Below are positions 51,664 through 62,252 of a stretch of DNA of 64,000 nt, one piece after another. Below the pieces are notes generated by a model that was not told the origin of the DNA, ran no database searches, and worked only from the letters and a program-made list of their open reading frames with translations. Source of the stretch: Candidatus Zhuqueibacterota bacterium (GTDB lineage: Bacteria > Zhuqueibacterota > Zhuqueibacteria > Oleimicrobiales > Geothermoviventaceae). Both the position numbers and the translations under genes were made by a program. Every line of letters begins with the position of its first letter. Position 1 is the first letter of the stretch. The DNA is taken from NCBI GenBank assembly GCA_034506315.1, contig JAPDPT010000001.1, positions 128,295-192,294 of the forward strand. The letters are read 5' to 3'.

Positions 51664-51975
51664 TTAGCTGGCTTCGGCCAGGAGGGCCGCTACGTGGGAT
51701 TCAAGGGCGGTTTCGTCCACCGGCACTTCCAAGAGCTGATACTCGGCGTACCCATCCTTGCGGACGTCAAGCTTGACCAGGCGCAGGGCAACTGCCCGGC
51801 GCTGGGGATGGGTCTGGATGGCCACATAGGCGCGGACGATTGCCGCCACCACTGCCTCCGGGAGGATCAGAACCTGATTGCCGTAACGAAGCACCAGGCG
51901 CAAATGCTTGTGGCCGGTCGGGGTGGCCAGCAAGCACTCCTCGACATCCTCCAGCCTTGGACATGCGACGGGCAT
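51664..51975 (-). CDS. Hypothetical protein (103 aa).
   Basis: RBS AGGAGG lies 7 nt before the ATG (MPVACPRLEDVEE...). The composition is ordered. No family was recognised. The 158-aa ORF was trimmed. Confidence 0.4.
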   Translation of the reverse strand: MPVACPRLEDVEECLLATPTGHKHLRLVLRYGNQVLILPEAVVAAIVRAYVAIQTHPQRRAVALRLVKLDVRKDGYAEYQLLEVPVDETALESHVAALLAEAS

Positions 51976-52151
51976 TTCCGTTCCTCCTGTCCAGGGGTAA
52001 GCCGCACGTCTGAGCGCAGGTTTGCCTCTGCCGCAGGACCCTACCGCCCGGGAGGCCGGGCCCCGCGAGCCGGCCCTTGTCTTCCACCTCCGCACCGCTC
52101 GTCCGGTGTGGACCAGAACAGACCTGAGCACACCCCACAACGAGGAGTGTC

Positions 52152-53180
52152 GTGAACGAGCTACGAAGGGACCCCGTCTCGGGGCGCTGGAGCATTATCA
52201 TTCAGGACCCGATCCAGACGGATCGCCTGCTGGTGAACCTTCGGCAACGAACCAAAGCCACCGAAAGATACGACCCGAATTGCCCCTTTTGCCAGGGGAA
52301 TGAATCGCAGACGCCGCCGGAAATCCACGCCGTGCGGGCTGTTGGCCCGGCGAACGCCCCGGGATGGCTTGTGCGAGTCGTTCCGGACAAGTTTCCGGTG
52401 CTGCGCGTGGAGGGGGCTCTCAACAATCGCGCCCACGGGATGTACGACATGCTGGACGGGATCGGGGCGCACGAGATCGTCGTCGAAACCCCCGAGCACA
52501 ACCGCTGGGTCACCGAGCTGGACGAAGCCCACCTGGTGCAGGTCCTGCGCACCTACCAGCTGCGGATCGCTGATCTCAAGAGAGACCTGCGCTTCCGGTA
52601 TATCCTGGTGTACAAGTCCCACGGCGAGGCGATGGGGCCAGCCGGACAGCACAGCTATTCCTACGTCATCGCCACTCCGGTAACCCCGCCTCGGGTCAAG
52701 CAGGAGCTTCTCAGCTGCGCACAGCACTTCTCAATGAAAGAACGCTGTCTGATCTGCGACGTCGTGCGGCAAGAGGAGAACGAGGGGAGCCGCATCGTAA
52801 TCGACGGACGGGACTACCTGGCCTTTGTGCCCTTTGCATCCGGCTCCCCCCTTGAGACCTGGATCGTCCCGAAGCGGCACGAAACCTTCTTCGAGAGCAC
52901 CCAGGGCTTAGAGGAGCTGGCCTCCATTTATCGCCGGACCTTGGGGGCGATCTGCGAGTTGCTGCACGAGCCCAACTACGTGATGCTGATCCACAGCGGA
53001 CCGAACACTACCTACGGGCAGCGCAGGGGTTACTGGCGCACTCTGACGCAGGATTACCACTGGCACATGGAGATCGTGCCAATGGTCCGCGGCTTCACCA
53101 GCTTTGAGCTCGTATCCGGGATGCGGGTCAATTTCCTGCCTCCGGAGCGCGGCGCCGCGATGCTGCGGGAAAAGGTCTAA
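52152..53180 (+). CDS. galT: Galactose-1-phosphate uridylyltransferase (HIT-superfamily, GalT-like).
   Basis: GTG start with GAGGAG 4 nt upstream. RRDPVSGRWSIIIQDP...NCPFCQGNE (Zn site) and a second half with a HxHxH-like region (HWHMEIVP). Confidence 0.8.
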   Translation: MNELRRDPVSGRWSIIIQDPIQTDRLLVNLRQRTKATERYDPNCPFCQGNESQTPPEIHAVRAVGPANAPGWLVRVVPDKFPVLRVEGALNNRAHGMYDMLDGIGAHEIVVETPEHNRWVTELDEAHLVQVLRTYQLRIADLKRDLRFRYILVYKSHGEAMGPAGQHSYSYVIATPVTPPRVKQELLSCAQHFSMKERCLICDVVRQEENEGSRIVIDGRDYLAFVPFASGSPLETWIVPKRHETFFESTQGLEELASIYRRTLGAICELLHEPNYVMLIHSGPNTTYGQRRGYWRTLTQDYHWHMEIVPMVRGFTSFELVSGMRVNFLPPERGAAMLREKV

Positions 53181-53387
53181 ACGACATTCGCGCACCTTGC
53201 CATGGCGTGTGCCGTGCTGCCCTAAGCGGCGATAGCAGGTCCTGAAAAGGCACTCCGTGAACAAGGGCGCCCCTCATACTTCCGGATTGTTTCTGAGCCG
53301 TTGAATCCCTAAGTTTATCGACTGCGGCAGGACGGAAGCCGCTCTTATCCTTTTCCGGCGGTAGGCAATCAAGGCAAAGGGAAGGGC

Positions 53388-53750
53388 ATGCTCGGGGTCG
53401 GTATCGATATCGTAGAGGTCGAGAGGATTCGGCGTGCGGTAGAGCGCTGGGGAGATCGCTTCCTCCAGCGCATCCTCACCGAAGAGGAACTGCGCGATTG
53501 CCGGGCTCGGGGTCAGTTCTACCACTCCGTGGCCGCCCGCTTTGCGGCCAAAGAAGCGTTCGTGAAGGCCATCCCCGGCGATACCGCCCGCAGCCTGCCC
53601 TGGCACGAGTTCGCCGTCCGAAGCGTCGCCTCGGGACGCCCCCTCCCAGAGCTGGGGGAGAGGGCCAGGCGACTCGTCGGGCACCATCGCGTGTACCTCA
53701 GCCTGACACACGCCGAGGCCTACGCCGCGGCGGTCGTGATCATCGAGTAG
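53388..53750 (+). CDS. acpS: Holo-[acyl-carrier-protein] synthase.
   Basis: MLGVGIDIVEVERI...FAAKEAFVKA...SLTHAE, the canonical AcpS motifs; 120 aa. Confidence 0.9.
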   Translation: MLGVGIDIVEVERIRRAVERWGDRFLQRILTEEELRDCRARGQFYHSVAARFAAKEAFVKAIPGDTARSLPWHEFAVRSVASGRPLPELGERARRLVGHHRVYLSLTHAEAYAAAVVIIE

Positions 53751-53778
53751 GTGTACGCGAAGCGCACCGGGAGGCTCG

Positions 53779-55338
53779 ATGAGGCTCCTTGTCACCGCAT
53801 CCGAGATGGCCGCCATGGACCGCGAGGCGATCGAGGAGATCGGCATCCCTGGCGTCGTCCTGATGGAAAACGCGGGTCTGGGCGTGGTGTCCGTCATTCA
53901 GGACATGCTCGGCAGCGTAGCGGGGCGACGGGTAGCCATCGTCTGCGGCAAGGGAAACAACGGCGGCGACGGCTACGTGGTGGCACGCCACCTCCACAAC
54001 GCCGGCTGTGACGTGGACGTCTATCTCCTTGCCGAACCAGAGGCCGTGCGCGGCGACGCCCGTGTGCACCTGGACGTCATCCGAAACATGGGGATCCCGG
54101 TGCACGTGGTGCGATCCACCGACGACTTCGATCCATCGCCCGAGCCCCACCTCGTCGTAGATGCCATCTTCGGCACGGGCATCACAGGTCCCGTGCAGGG
54201 ACTGCCGGCGGAGATCATCCGCAAGATCAACGGCCTCGGCGTCCCGGTTGTCGCGGTAGACCTGCCTTCGGGTCTTAATGCGGACACCGGCGCCGTCGAG
54301 GGGCCGTGTGTGGCCGCCCGCCGGACCGTGACCATGGCCCAGATCAAGCGGGGACTGGTGCTGCCCCCCGGACGCGACTACGCAGGGCAGGTCCATGTGG
54401 TGGACATCGGCATGCCCCGCAGCCTGAAGAGCGCCACGCGCGTCCGGACCTTCCTCGTCGATCGCTCCGATGCCGTGCGCGCCCTGCCGCGCCGACCGTC
54501 CGACGCCCACAAGAACCGCGTGGGTCTGGTGTACGTGGTGGCTGGCTCCACCGGGATGACGGGCGCTGCCACCCTCACAGCTCTCTCGGCGCTCCGCGCA
54601 GGCTCCGGACTTGTGTACCTGGGCATCCCCGGCTCCCTGAACCCCATCCTCGAGGTGAAGGCCACCGAGGTCATCACGCATCCCCTGCCTGAAGCCACAC
54701 CGGGTACCCTGGCGGCCGAAGCCTGGCCGCTTCTGGAGGAGCGGCTGCAAAACGTCCACGTGGCCGCCGTAGGACCTGGGTTAGGAACGCACCCCTCCAC
54801 GGCGCAGCTCGTGGAGAGAATTGTACAGCTGGCGCCCGTGCCCCTGGTTCTGGACGCGGACGGGCTCAACAACCTGAGCGGCAGGACCGAGCTCCTTGCG
54901 TCGAGGCGCTGGCCTACGGTGATCACTCCGCATCCCGGCGAGCTCTCGCGCCTGTGCGGACTTAGCACGCGCGAGATCCTCGCTGACCGGATCGAGGTGG
55001 CCCGGCGCTTCGCTCAGGAGTGGCGAGTGGTTCTCGTGCTGAAAGGCTCACCTACGGTGACAGCCTCACCGGACGGGAACGTCTACGTCAACACCACGGG
55101 TAATGCCGGGATGGCTACGGGAGGCTCCGGAGACGTGCTCACGGGAATCATTGCCTCCCTGATGGGACAGGGCCTGGGGGCGTTGGAGGCCGCCTGGCTC
55201 GGCGTCTACGTCCATGGCCTGGCCGGTGACGTCGCCAGGGAACGCCTGGGCCAGATGGGCATGATCGCGGGCGACATCTTGCGAGCCGTGCCGAGCGTTC
55301 TGCGCGCCCTTGAAAACGCCCGGGATGCCCAGCCATGA
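53779..55338 (+). CDS. nnr: Bifunctional NAD(P)H-hydrate epimerase / ADP-dependent dehydratase.
   Basis: N-terminal YjeF_N (VAIVCGKGNNGGDGYVVARHL) and a C-terminal carbohydrate-kinase-like domain (VVAGSTGMTGAATL...GGSGDVLTGII). Confidence 0.9.
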   Translation: MRLLVTASEMAAMDREAIEEIGIPGVVLMENAGLGVVSVIQDMLGSVAGRRVAIVCGKGNNGGDGYVVARHLHNAGCDVDVYLLAEPEAVRGDARVHLDVIRNMGIPVHVVRSTDDFDPSPEPHLVVDAIFGTGITGPVQGLPAEIIRKINGLGVPVVAVDLPSGLNADTGAVEGPCVAARRTVTMAQIKRGLVLPPGRDYAGQVHVVDIGMPRSLKSATRVRTFLVDRSDAVRALPRRPSDAHKNRVGLVYVVAGSTGMTGAATLTALSALRAGSGLVYLGIPGSLNPILEVKATEVITHPLPEATPGTLAAEAWPLLEERLQNVHVAAVGPGLGTHPSTAQLVERIVQLAPVPLVLDADGLNNLSGRTELLASRRWPTVITPHPGELSRLCGLSTREILADRIEVARRFAQEWRVVLVLKGSPTVTASPDGNVYVNTTGNAGMATGGSGDVLTGIIASLMGQGLGALEAAWLGVYVHGLAGDVARERLGQMGMIAGDILRAVPSVLRALENARDAQP

Positions 55339-55781
55339 GCCCCTTCGTCCGCTATCAGCTGCCGGCCATCCTCTACGCCGTCCTGATCTTCGTGATCTCC
55401 TCGATTCCGACCCTCGCCCCCCCACCGATCGGGATCGAGTGGGATGATAAGATCTATCATTTCCTCGAGTACGGCGCCTTCGGGTACCTCTGCGCGCGGG
55501 CGTTCTACTATCAGGGCAACCGGGTCCTACGCGACTTCGCTCTGATCATCACCCTTGTGACCGGGTCTCTGTACGCGGTCAGCGACGAGCTGCACCAGTC
55601 GCTGGTCCCAGGGCGGTATGCCGATGTCGGCGATTTCCTGGCCGATGTGGTGGGGGTGATCCTCGGGGTCGTGCTCTTCGCACGGACTCGTGTACCCTGG
55701 CACCGCGCCCGCGCCAGACTGGAGAAGCGGAGGGAGCCGCGTTCCCGTTCCGTGCGCGTGGTTGCGGACAAGCGTCCATGA
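55335..55781 (+). CDS. VanZ-family membrane protein.
   Basis: IPTLAPPPIGIEWDDKIYHFLEYGAFGYL...SDELHQSLVPGRYADVGDFLADVVGVILGV matches the VanZ-like pattern. It is coupled to nnr (ATGA). Confidence 0.7.
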   Translation: MSPFVRYQLPAILYAVLIFVISSIPTLAPPPIGIEWDDKIYHFLEYGAFGYLCARAFYYQGNRVLRDFALIITLVTGSLYAVSDELHQSLVPGRYADVGDFLADVVGVILGVVLFARTRVPWHRARARLEKRREPRSRSVRVVADKRP

Positions 55782-56479
55782 GCAAGGGCCCCAGCACCGA
55801 GGTTCGGCGGATGAAGCAAGCCTCCTTTTCGCTCCAAGTGAGCGCACCTGAGCTGGCAAGGGAAATGGTCCTGACCGTCGTCCTCCTGCTTCTTCCCGGC
55901 GGAGTGGCCCTTTCGCAGTGGGGAAGATCACCCCTTTGGGGCGGCGAGGAGGCCAGGCTTCGCCTCAGCGTCGCGGCCGGCGCTTACCGCATTTCCCACA
56001 ACGCGTTCGAGGATTACTACCGCTCCCGTTGGGGGTTGGTCCCCGGCTTCCTTCTCCGGTACAGGGTCAAAGGCATTGGTTTTTTGGCAGGGGTTCGACC
56101 CTTCCGCCAGCGCCTTGCTTCGCGGCTGGAGGCACAATATCCGGCGCTCGCAGGCTCATCGGCCTGGCGACAGACGGTCTGGAACCTGGGCGTGCAGCTG
56201 GGCGGCGGGGGGATGAGGCGCGTCCGCTCCGCAACCTACTTTGGACTGTCCTATCACGTCGTACGCGAGAAGGCCGGCCCCTTCCTCATGGACAAGAGCC
56301 GGTCCACTACCCTGGGCTTCTTTCTGGCCGCCGAGACCGAGTGGCTGATCCTTCCTCCCCTCGGCCTCGGCTGGATGGTGGAGCTGAGCTCTGCGGCTCC
56401 CAGTCGCTCGGCCGCCTTCGAGGCCAATAGCATCGGGGGACTCTACCTGGCTGCCCTGCTCCACCTGCACCTGTTCTGA
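55778..56479 (+). CDS. Hypothetical outer-membrane beta-barrel-like protein.
   Basis: Signal peptide ...MVLTVVLLLLPGGVALSQW. Alternating beta pattern. The terminal residue is F (..LHLHLF), typical of OMP barrels. The start could be the internal Met at about 55811. Confidence 0.5.
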   Translation: MSKGPSTEVRRMKQASFSLQVSAPELAREMVLTVVLLLLPGGVALSQWGRSPLWGGEEARLRLSVAAGAYRISHNAFEDYYRSRWGLVPGFLLRYRVKGIGFLAGVRPFRQRLASRLEAQYPALAGSSAWRQTVWNLGVQLGGGGMRRVRSATYFGLSYHVVREKAGPFLMDKSRSTTLGFFLAAETEWLILPPLGLGWMVELSSAAPSRSAAFEANSIGGLYLAALLHLHLF

Positions 56480-56485
56480 GCGACC

Positions 56486-57244
56486 TCAAGCCGCTACTGT
56501 GACGCCCGGGACCACGCAGAAGGCGGGTACCAAGGAGAAGAGGGAAGCTGTGGCCGGACCCGAGGTGCGGAGCGCCTCAAGCAAGGCCCTGTGCCCCGCT
56601 TCTGGGAGGAAGGCGAGAGGATCAAGCGTCAGGACAACCGCGGGGGCCCCGTTTTCGCATTTCAGCCGCCAGAAGCGTTTCTCCCCGTCGCGGAGGGCCA
56701 GCTCCCTCCTGCTCCGCATCAGCTCCTGCAGCCGCTCCCGCTCTCCCTCTCCGGGGGAAAGGGAAAGAACAGCGCGCGTGAGCTCAGCGAACCAGTCCAC
56801 CGCGGCGTAGTCGCAGACCCGCAGGTGAAACTTCGCCGAGCCCGCCCCCAGGGGGCTGTCCGTGAAGGCCCGGAATACGATCGCCTGACGGGGAAGAGAG
56901 CTCTCCGAGCCGGCCACCACCAGGGGACAGGCGAAGAGCGAGGCAAGACCGAGCGCTCTCCACAGCCGGACATCGGCGCCCTCTGGGGTCAGGCTCTTGC
57001 TGATTTCCTGAATTTCCGGGCTCGGAAAATCGACGGGGACGTAGGGCTTTCCGGCCAGCCTGCGCGCGACCTTTTTTCCGCGCTCCGACGAGAAGGCGGC
57101 GTCGTAGCCGATGTCGCGGTAGCGGAACTTGCTCCCGATCCACCGGAGGGCCGCCAGGGCTGTGTCTTCCTCCACGTCGGGGAGGTACAAAACACCACGC
57201 AGGTTCTTGACGCGCACGATGAATTCGAGGAACCACGGCTCCAT
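56486..57244 (-). CDS. Hypothetical protein (252 aa).
   Basis: Ordered composition. No family was recognised by eye. It lies downstream of the clpC terminator. Confidence 0.45.
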   Translation of the reverse strand: MEPWFLEFIVRVKNLRGVLYLPDVEEDTALAALRWIGSKFRYRDIGYDAAFSSERGKKVARRLAGKPYVPVDFPSPEIQEISKSLTPEGADVRLWRALGLASLFACPLVVAGSESSLPRQAIVFRAFTDSPLGAGSAKFHLRVCDYAAVDWFAELTRAVLSLSPGEGERERLQELMRSRRELALRDGEKRFWRLKCENGAPAVVLTLDPLAFLPEAGHRALLEALRTSGPATASLFSLVPAFCVVPGVTVAA

Positions 57245-57318
57245 GGGGCCTATCCTCCTGCGGCGGATTGGGGGTTGCCCGTGGCCATGGCAGGTTGGGG
57301 CCGCCTTCGTCCCCCTCT

Positions 57319-57351
57319 CTCAAAAAAGAAGCCCGCCGCCCGAAGGCGGCG
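57319..57351 (-). terminator. Rho-independent terminator (minus strand) after clpC.
   Basis: 7-bp perfect stem CGCCGCC / GGCGGCG with a CGAA loop. On the minus strand it is followed by TTCTTTTTTGAGAG. Confidence 0.6.
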
Positions 57352-57377
57352 AGCCTCATCCCCTTTGCCGGTGACGC

Positions 57378-59876
57378 TCAGTTCTCTTCGATGCTTTCGG
57401 CGGTGGCTGCGTTTTCCCCGTGCGCTTCGCCCTCTACGCCAAGGCGCCCGATCTCGCGGAACTGCAAGCCATCCCCCTGCTTCTTGGCCTGCACCTCGAT
57501 GATGCTGCCGTCCCCGAATCGGCCGCGCAGGATCTCCTCGGCCAGCGGGTCCTGCACGTAGCGCTGAATCGTTCGCTTCAGCGGCCGTGCCCCGTACACG
57601 GGGTCGAAGCCCTTGTCCACAAGGAACTCCTTGGCGGACTGGCTCAGCTTGACCTGGATTCGCCGCTCGGAGACGCGGTTCAGCATCTCGTCGATGACGA
57701 TGTCCACGATACGGAACATGTCCTCGCGGCTCAGCGGCCGGAAGACGACCACCTCGTCCACTCGGTTCAGGAATTCGGGGTTAAAGACGCGCTTCACTTC
57801 CTCCATGATGCGGGAGCGCATCGTTTCGTAGTCTTCCTGGACCTCCTGTTTCCCGAATCCCAGCGCTCCTCCCTTGCGGATCTCCCGCGTGCCCAGGTTC
57901 GAGGTCATGATGATGATCGTATTCTTGAAGTCCACGCGGCGGCCGAGACCGTCGGTGAGGCGCCCGTCGTCCAGGATCTGGAGCAGGATGTTGAACACGT
58001 CCGGGTGCGCCTTCTCAATCTCGTCGAACAGCACCACCGAATACGGGTGTCTGCGGACACGCTCGGTCAGCTGCCCGCCCTCTTCGTAGCCGACGTAACC
58101 CGGAGGCGCGCCCGTCAGGCGCGAGACGCTGAACTTCTCCATGTACTCCGACATGTCGATGCGAATGAGGGCGTCCTCCGTCTCGAACAGATAGCGGGCC
58201 AGCTCCTTCGCCAGCTGGGTCTTCCCTACACCCGTAGGCCCGAGGAAAATGAAGGAGCCGATGGGTCGATTCGGATCTTTCAGACCGGCCCGCGTGCGCA
58301 GAATGGCCTTGGACAGGAGGTGGATTACCTCGTCCTGTCCGACGATCCGCTTCTTCAGCTCCTCTTCCATTTTGAGGAGCTTTTCGGTCTCCGACTGCGC
58401 CACGCGGTGCACAGGGATACCGGTCATCATCGAGACGACTTCGGCGACGTCTTCCTCCGTTACGATGCCGACGATCTCATCTTCCGCCTCCCGCCAGCGC
58501 TCCTTCGCCTCCTCGAGCTTGCGCTGGAGCTGCTTCTCGCGATCGCGGAGGATAGCCGCGCGCTCGAACTCCTGCGCCTTGATCACCGCCTCTTTCTCGC
58601 GCCGCAGGCGCTTGATCTCCTCCTCCAGGTCGGTGATCTCCTTCGGCACCTTGATGTTCGCCAGGTGCACCCGCGCGCCCGTCTCGTCCATCACGTCGAT
58701 GGCTTTGTCTGGCTGGAAGCGGTCCGTGATGTAGCGGTCAGACAGGCGCACGGCGGCGCGCAGCGCTTCGTCGGTGTACTTGACGCGGTGGTGCGCCTCG
58801 TAGCGCGGCTGGAGGCCCTTGAGAATGGCGTAGGTTTCCTCGGACGACGGCGGATCCACCATCACCTTCTGGAAGCGCCGTTCCAGGGCACCGTCTTTCT
58901 CGATGTACTGCCGGTACTCGTCCAAGGTGGTGGCGCCGATGCACTGGAGCTCCCCGCGGGCAAGGGCCGGCTTGAACATGTTGGAGGCATCCAGCGAGCC
59001 GGAAGCACCGCCAGCACCCACGATGGTGTGAAGCTCGTCAATGAACAGGATGACGTCCTTGGCCTTGACGATCTCGTTCAGGATGGCCTTGATTCGCTCT
59101 TCGAACTGGCCACGGTACTTGGTGCCCGCCACAATCGCGCCCAGGTCGAGGGTCACGACGCGCTTGTTGTGGAGGATCCGCGGCACCTTCTTCTCGACGA
59201 TCCGCAGCGCCAACCCCTCGGCGATGGCCGTCTTGCCTACGCCTGGCTCGCCGATGAGTACGGGGTTGTTCTTCTTCCGGCGGCTGAGGATCTGGGCCAC
59301 CCGCTCGATCTCCTTGTCTCGGCCGATAACCGGATCCAGCTCACCCCGCCGGGCCAGTTCCGTGAGGTCCCGTCCGAAGTGGTCCAGGGCAGGGGTCTTG
59401 GTACGCTTCTGGCCCGATTCGGAAACGCTCGGCGAGCCGCGGAGGATGTTGTCGAGCTCGTTCTTTACGGCCTCGTAGGTGACGTCGAAGGACTGGAGGA
59501 TCTGCGCCGCCACTCCTTCTTTCTCTTTGACGAGCGCCAGGAGGAGGTGTTCGGTGCCGATGATGTCCGACTTGTACTTGTCCGCCTCCACATAGGCAAG
59601 CTTGAGGATCTTCTCGGCGCGCTTGGTGAAGGGGATATTGCCGATGGTCATGGTCTCGCCCGTGGAGCGGACCGCATCCTCGATGGCGCGCTTCAGTTCC
59701 TCCAGGTCGACCCCCAGGTTGCGGAGCACCTCGACCGCTATCCCCTCCCCCTCCCGAATCAGCCCCAGAAGAATGTGCTCCGTCCCAATATAATCATGCC
59801 CGAGACGCAGCGCCTCCTCTCGGGCAAACTGAATCACCATCTGAACACGGCTGGAGAAGTTGTTTTTCATGCCCAA
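57378..59876 (-). CDS. clpC: ATP-dependent Clp protease ATP-binding subunit ClpC (two AAA+ modules, N-terminal Clp_N repeats, UVR-like linker).
   Basis: Clp_N repeats ([20 protein letters not shown]; [20 protein letters not shown]). Walker [11 protein letters not shown] and [15 protein letters not shown]. Coiled UVR-like segment [29 protein letters not shown]. 832 aa. Confidence 0.95.
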   Translation of the reverse strand: MGMKNNFSSRVQMVIQFAREEALRLGHDYIGTEHILLGLIREGEGIAVEVLRNLGVDLEELKRAIEDAVRSTGETMTIGNIPFTKRAEKILKLAYVEADKYKSDIIGTEHLLLALVKEKEGVAAQILQSFDVTYEAVKNELDNILRGSPSVSESGQKRTKTPALDHFGRDLTELARRGELDPVIGRDKEIERVAQILSRRKKNNPVLIGEPGVGKTAIAEGLALRIVEKKVPRILHNKRVVTLDLGAIVAGTKYRGQFEERIKAILNEIVKAKDVILFIDELHTIVGAGGASGSLDASNMFKPALARGELQCIGATTLDEYRQYIEKDGALERRFQKVMVDPPSSEETYAILKGLQPRYEAHHRVKYTDEALRAAVRLSDRYITDRFQPDKAIDVMDETGARVHLANIKVPKEITDLEEEIKRLRREKEAVIKAQEFERAAILRDREKQLQRKLEEAKERWREAEDEIVGIVTEEDVAEVVSMMTGIPVHRVAQSETEKLLKMEEELKKRIVGQDEVIHLLSKAILRTRAGLKDPNRPIGSFIFLGPTGVGKTQLAKELARYLFETEDALIRIDMSEYMEKFSVSRLTGAPPGYVGYEEGGQLTERVRRHPYSVVLFDEIEKAHPDVFNILLQILDDGRLTDGLGRRVDFKNTIIIMTSNLGTREIRKGGALGFGKQEVQEDYETMRSRIMEEVKRVFNPEFLNRVDEVVVFRPLSREDMFRIVDIVIDEMLNRVSERRIQVKLSQSAKEFLVDKGFDPVYGARPLKRTIQRYVQDPLAEEILRGRFGDGSIIEVQAKKQGDGLQFREIGRLGVEGEAHGENAATAESIEEN

Positions 59877-59959
59877 TCAACCCCGTTCTGGAGTGCTACC
59901 GCCTCATCATCCTGCACTTCTTTTACCTTCCGCCCGCGGGTTGCGTTCCGAAAAGCCCC

Positions 59960-61036
59960 TCAGGTTACGATCCCTGCCAGACGTTCGCGGAGGTATTCGG
60001 CGCGCAGGCGATCGGTTTCTTCATCGGAAAGTTGGCGCCCTTCCCTGAGCTGCAGGTGTGCCGACTGAGCGAGCACCAGGAGCTCGTTCACCACCCGGAA
60101 GTGGGCCGGAAGATAGCCCGCCAGCATTCCCATGCGGAGGCTGCTGAGGAGATTCACACATTCCAGAGCCCCGATCAGCCGCGCGTGCCGGATAATACCC
60201 ACGGCTCGCTCCACGACATCCTCCACCCGCACCCGGCTCGTTTGCAGGAGGCCTTCCAGGGCCTTTTTCTCCAAGCCAATCAAATCTTCGGCAACTCTGG
60301 CCATCCGCTCAAGAAGTTTTTCTTCTGTCCTACCCAGAGTGACCTGATTCGACACCTGGAAGATATTGCCCACGGCCTGCGTCCCCTCGCCGTAGAAGCC
60401 GCGGAAGGTGAATTCGGTGAATCCCAACTGCTTTACAACTTCTTCCAAGGTCCCGGATAGGGCCAACCCTGGCAGATGCAGGAACACACTTACGCGCATT
60501 CCGGTGCCCGTATTGGTTGGGCACGATGTAAGATAGCCAAATTCCTCAGAAAACGCCAGCTGGAATGCCTCGTTCAGCTGGTCATCGAGCTCTGCGAGTA
60601 CACCCCATCCGCTGGTGGTGTCGAGACCGCTTTCGAGGCTTTGCAGACGGAAGTGGTCCTCCTCGTTCACCATTACCGAGAAGCTTTCATCGGGCGACAC
60701 CAGCAGTCCGGCAGGTCGCGGCCGCGCCAGCACCTCGGGCGAGAGCAAGCGTCGTTCCAAGAGAAACCGCCGCTCCACGTCGCTGAGCTCGTCCACCCGC
60801 CAGTAGAGGCAGTGTTTCATGGCCGGGACAGTCTGGCGGCGGCTCGTAACTTCCTGAAGCACCTCCTCGAGCTGGTCGGTGCGGGCATGGGGAGGGAAGC
60901 GGCGCCCCGCCAGGTTTCGCGCCAGGCGAATGCGCGTGCTGATCACCCGTTCCGCCTGCGGGCCATGGGCGGCCAGCCATCCTGGAGGCACAGCGGCCAT
61001 TCGGCGCAGCTCGTCTTGTGCCACCGGCGTCGTCAT
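59960..61036 (-). CDS. mcsB: Protein-arginine kinase McsB (ATP:guanido phosphotransferase).
   Basis: The 539-aa ORF was trimmed to ATG 61036 (MTTPVAQDE...). TRIRLARNLAGRRFP, FLHLPGL and the phosphagen-kinase C-terminal domain (CPTNTGTGMRVSVFLHLPGL) are diagnostic. Confidence 0.9.
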   Translation of the reverse strand: MTTPVAQDELRRMAAVPPGWLAAHGPQAERVISTRIRLARNLAGRRFPPHARTDQLEEVLQEVTSRRQTVPAMKHCLYWRVDELSDVERRFLLERRLLSPEVLARPRPAGLLVSPDESFSVMVNEEDHFRLQSLESGLDTTSGWGVLAELDDQLNEAFQLAFSEEFGYLTSCPTNTGTGMRVSVFLHLPGLALSGTLEEVVKQLGFTEFTFRGFYGEGTQAVGNIFQVSNQVTLGRTEEKLLERMARVAEDLIGLEKKALEGLLQTSRVRVEDVVERAVGIIRHARLIGALECVNLLSSLRMGMLAGYLPAHFRVVNELLVLAQSAHLQLREGRQLSDEETDRLRAEYLRERLAGIVT

Positions 61037-61542
61037 TGGCGCGTCTCGCTCGTCCCCCGTGTGAGATCGCGCAGCAGATCTCGCAGCTCCGCTGCCCGTT
61101 CGTACTCCTCGCGGGCCACCGCTTCCTCCAGCGCGCGACGGATCTCCTCCGGGCTTTGGACCGCAACGCGTCTCCGGAGGTGGGGCGGCCGGCTCCCGAT
61201 GTGTTTTGCGCTGCCGTGGATACGTCGCAAGAGCGTCCGCAACGGCTCCGCAAAGACGCGGTAGCACTCGGAGCACCCGAGAAGCCCCGTCTGCTCCACG
61301 TCCCGATAGGTGTGGCCGCAATGGGGACACGAGGGCATGCTCTGGACTGGTACCGACGGATGAGCCTGGCCTATGGCTTGGAGCAGAAGACCGCCCAGTA
61401 GGTGAGGCAGAACCGCAAAGGGGAGAGTAAGCCCATGGGCTTCGGCGCAGGGCTGACAGATGTGCAGTTCCAATTTCTGGGTGTGGACGATCTGGGTCAG
61501 CTGGACGGTCGCCGGACGACTGTGGCAGATCTCGCAGAGCAT
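61033..61542 (-). CDS. mcsA: McsA (UvrB/UvrC-motif, 4 x CxxC zinc-finger activator of McsB).
   Basis: [11 protein letters not shown]...CQPCAEAHG...CPHCGHT...CSECYRVF zinc fingers and the C-terminal UVR motif IRRALEEAVAREEYERAAELRDLLRDL. It overlaps mcsB by 4 nt. Confidence 0.8.
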   Translation of the reverse strand: MLCEICHSRPATVQLTQIVHTQKLELHICQPCAEAHGLTLPFAVLPHLLGGLLLQAIGQAHPSVPVQSMPSCPHCGHTYRDVEQTGLLGCSECYRVFAEPLRTLLRRIHGSAKHIGSRPPHLRRRVAVQSPEEIRRALEEAVAREEYERAAELRDLLRDLTRGTSETRQ

Positions 61543-62249
61543 CAGCGCACCAGCTGTTGTTCGCGGCAGATCCGGCCATCGTACATCTCCAGAAGGCGAT
61601 CTGCGCTTTTGGCCAGCTCCATGTTGTGCGTCACAATGACCAGCGTGAGCCCGTGCTCGGCCACCAGGCGCCACAAGAGCTCGTGGAGAGCCCGGCTGGA
61701 CTGTGCATCCAGGTTGCCCGAGGGCTCGTCCGCAAGCAGGATTCGCGGCCGGTTGGTGAGGGCACGCGCCACCGCTACCCGCTGCTGCTCCCCTCCGGAT
61801 AACTCGTTCGGGCGGTGGTGCATCCGATCGGCCAGGCCCACCTCCACCAGCAGCGCCTCGGCCCTCCTCCGAGCCTCCTTTGCCTCCACGCCGGCGATCA
61901 GGGCCGGCATCATGACGTTCTCCAGAGCTGTAAACTCGGGCAGGAGATGGTGAAACTGGAACACAAATCCGGCGGTGCGATTGCGAAAAGCCGCCAGCCG
62001 ATGATCGTCCATCCGGAAAACGTTCACCCCGTCCAGGTACACCGTGCCGGAGGTAGGGCGGTCGAGCGCCCCGAGGATATGGAGCAGCGTGCTCTTGCCG
62101 ACTCCGGAGGGACCGACAATGGACACAATCTCCCCCCGGCGCACCGCCAGATCGATGCCCTTCAGCACATGGAGGCGCTGGTCCCGACCCGTCGGGTAGT
62201 ACTTGTGGATACCGCGCGCAGAAAGGATGAATTCGTCCTTCTCAGCCAT
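61542..62249 (-). CDS. lolD: Lipoprotein-releasing system ATP-binding protein (LolD-like ABC ATPase).
   Basis: Walker [12 protein letters not shown], LolD-type motif and signature [15 protein letters not shown], Walker [13 protein letters not shown]. Its stop overlaps the mcsA start by 1 nt (TGATG). Confidence 0.9.
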   Translation of the reverse strand: MAEKDEFILSARGIHKYYPTGRDQRLHVLKGIDLAVRRGEIVSIVGPSGVGKSTLLHILGALDRPTSGTVYLDGVNVFRMDDHRLAAFRNRTAGFVFQFHHLLPEFTALENVMMPALIAGVEAKEARRRAEALLVEVGLADRMHHRPNELSGGEQQRVAVARALTNRPRILLADEPSGNLDAQSSRALHELLWRLVAEHGLTLVIVTHNMELAKSADRLLEMYDGRICREQQLVR

Positions 62250-62252
62250 GCC

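Noticed and set aside
57420-60068. 882-aa plus-strand ORF.
   Set aside because: Antisense shadow of clpC/mcsB. The sense strand carries Walker motifs and Clp_N repeats.
61037-61579. N-terminal 181-aa extension of the McsB ORF (full ORF 59960..61579).
   Set aside because: The extension overlaps mcsA in another frame with junk-like composition. McsB homology begins at MTTPVAQDE (ATG 61036), which gives the classical 4-nt mcsA/mcsB overlap.
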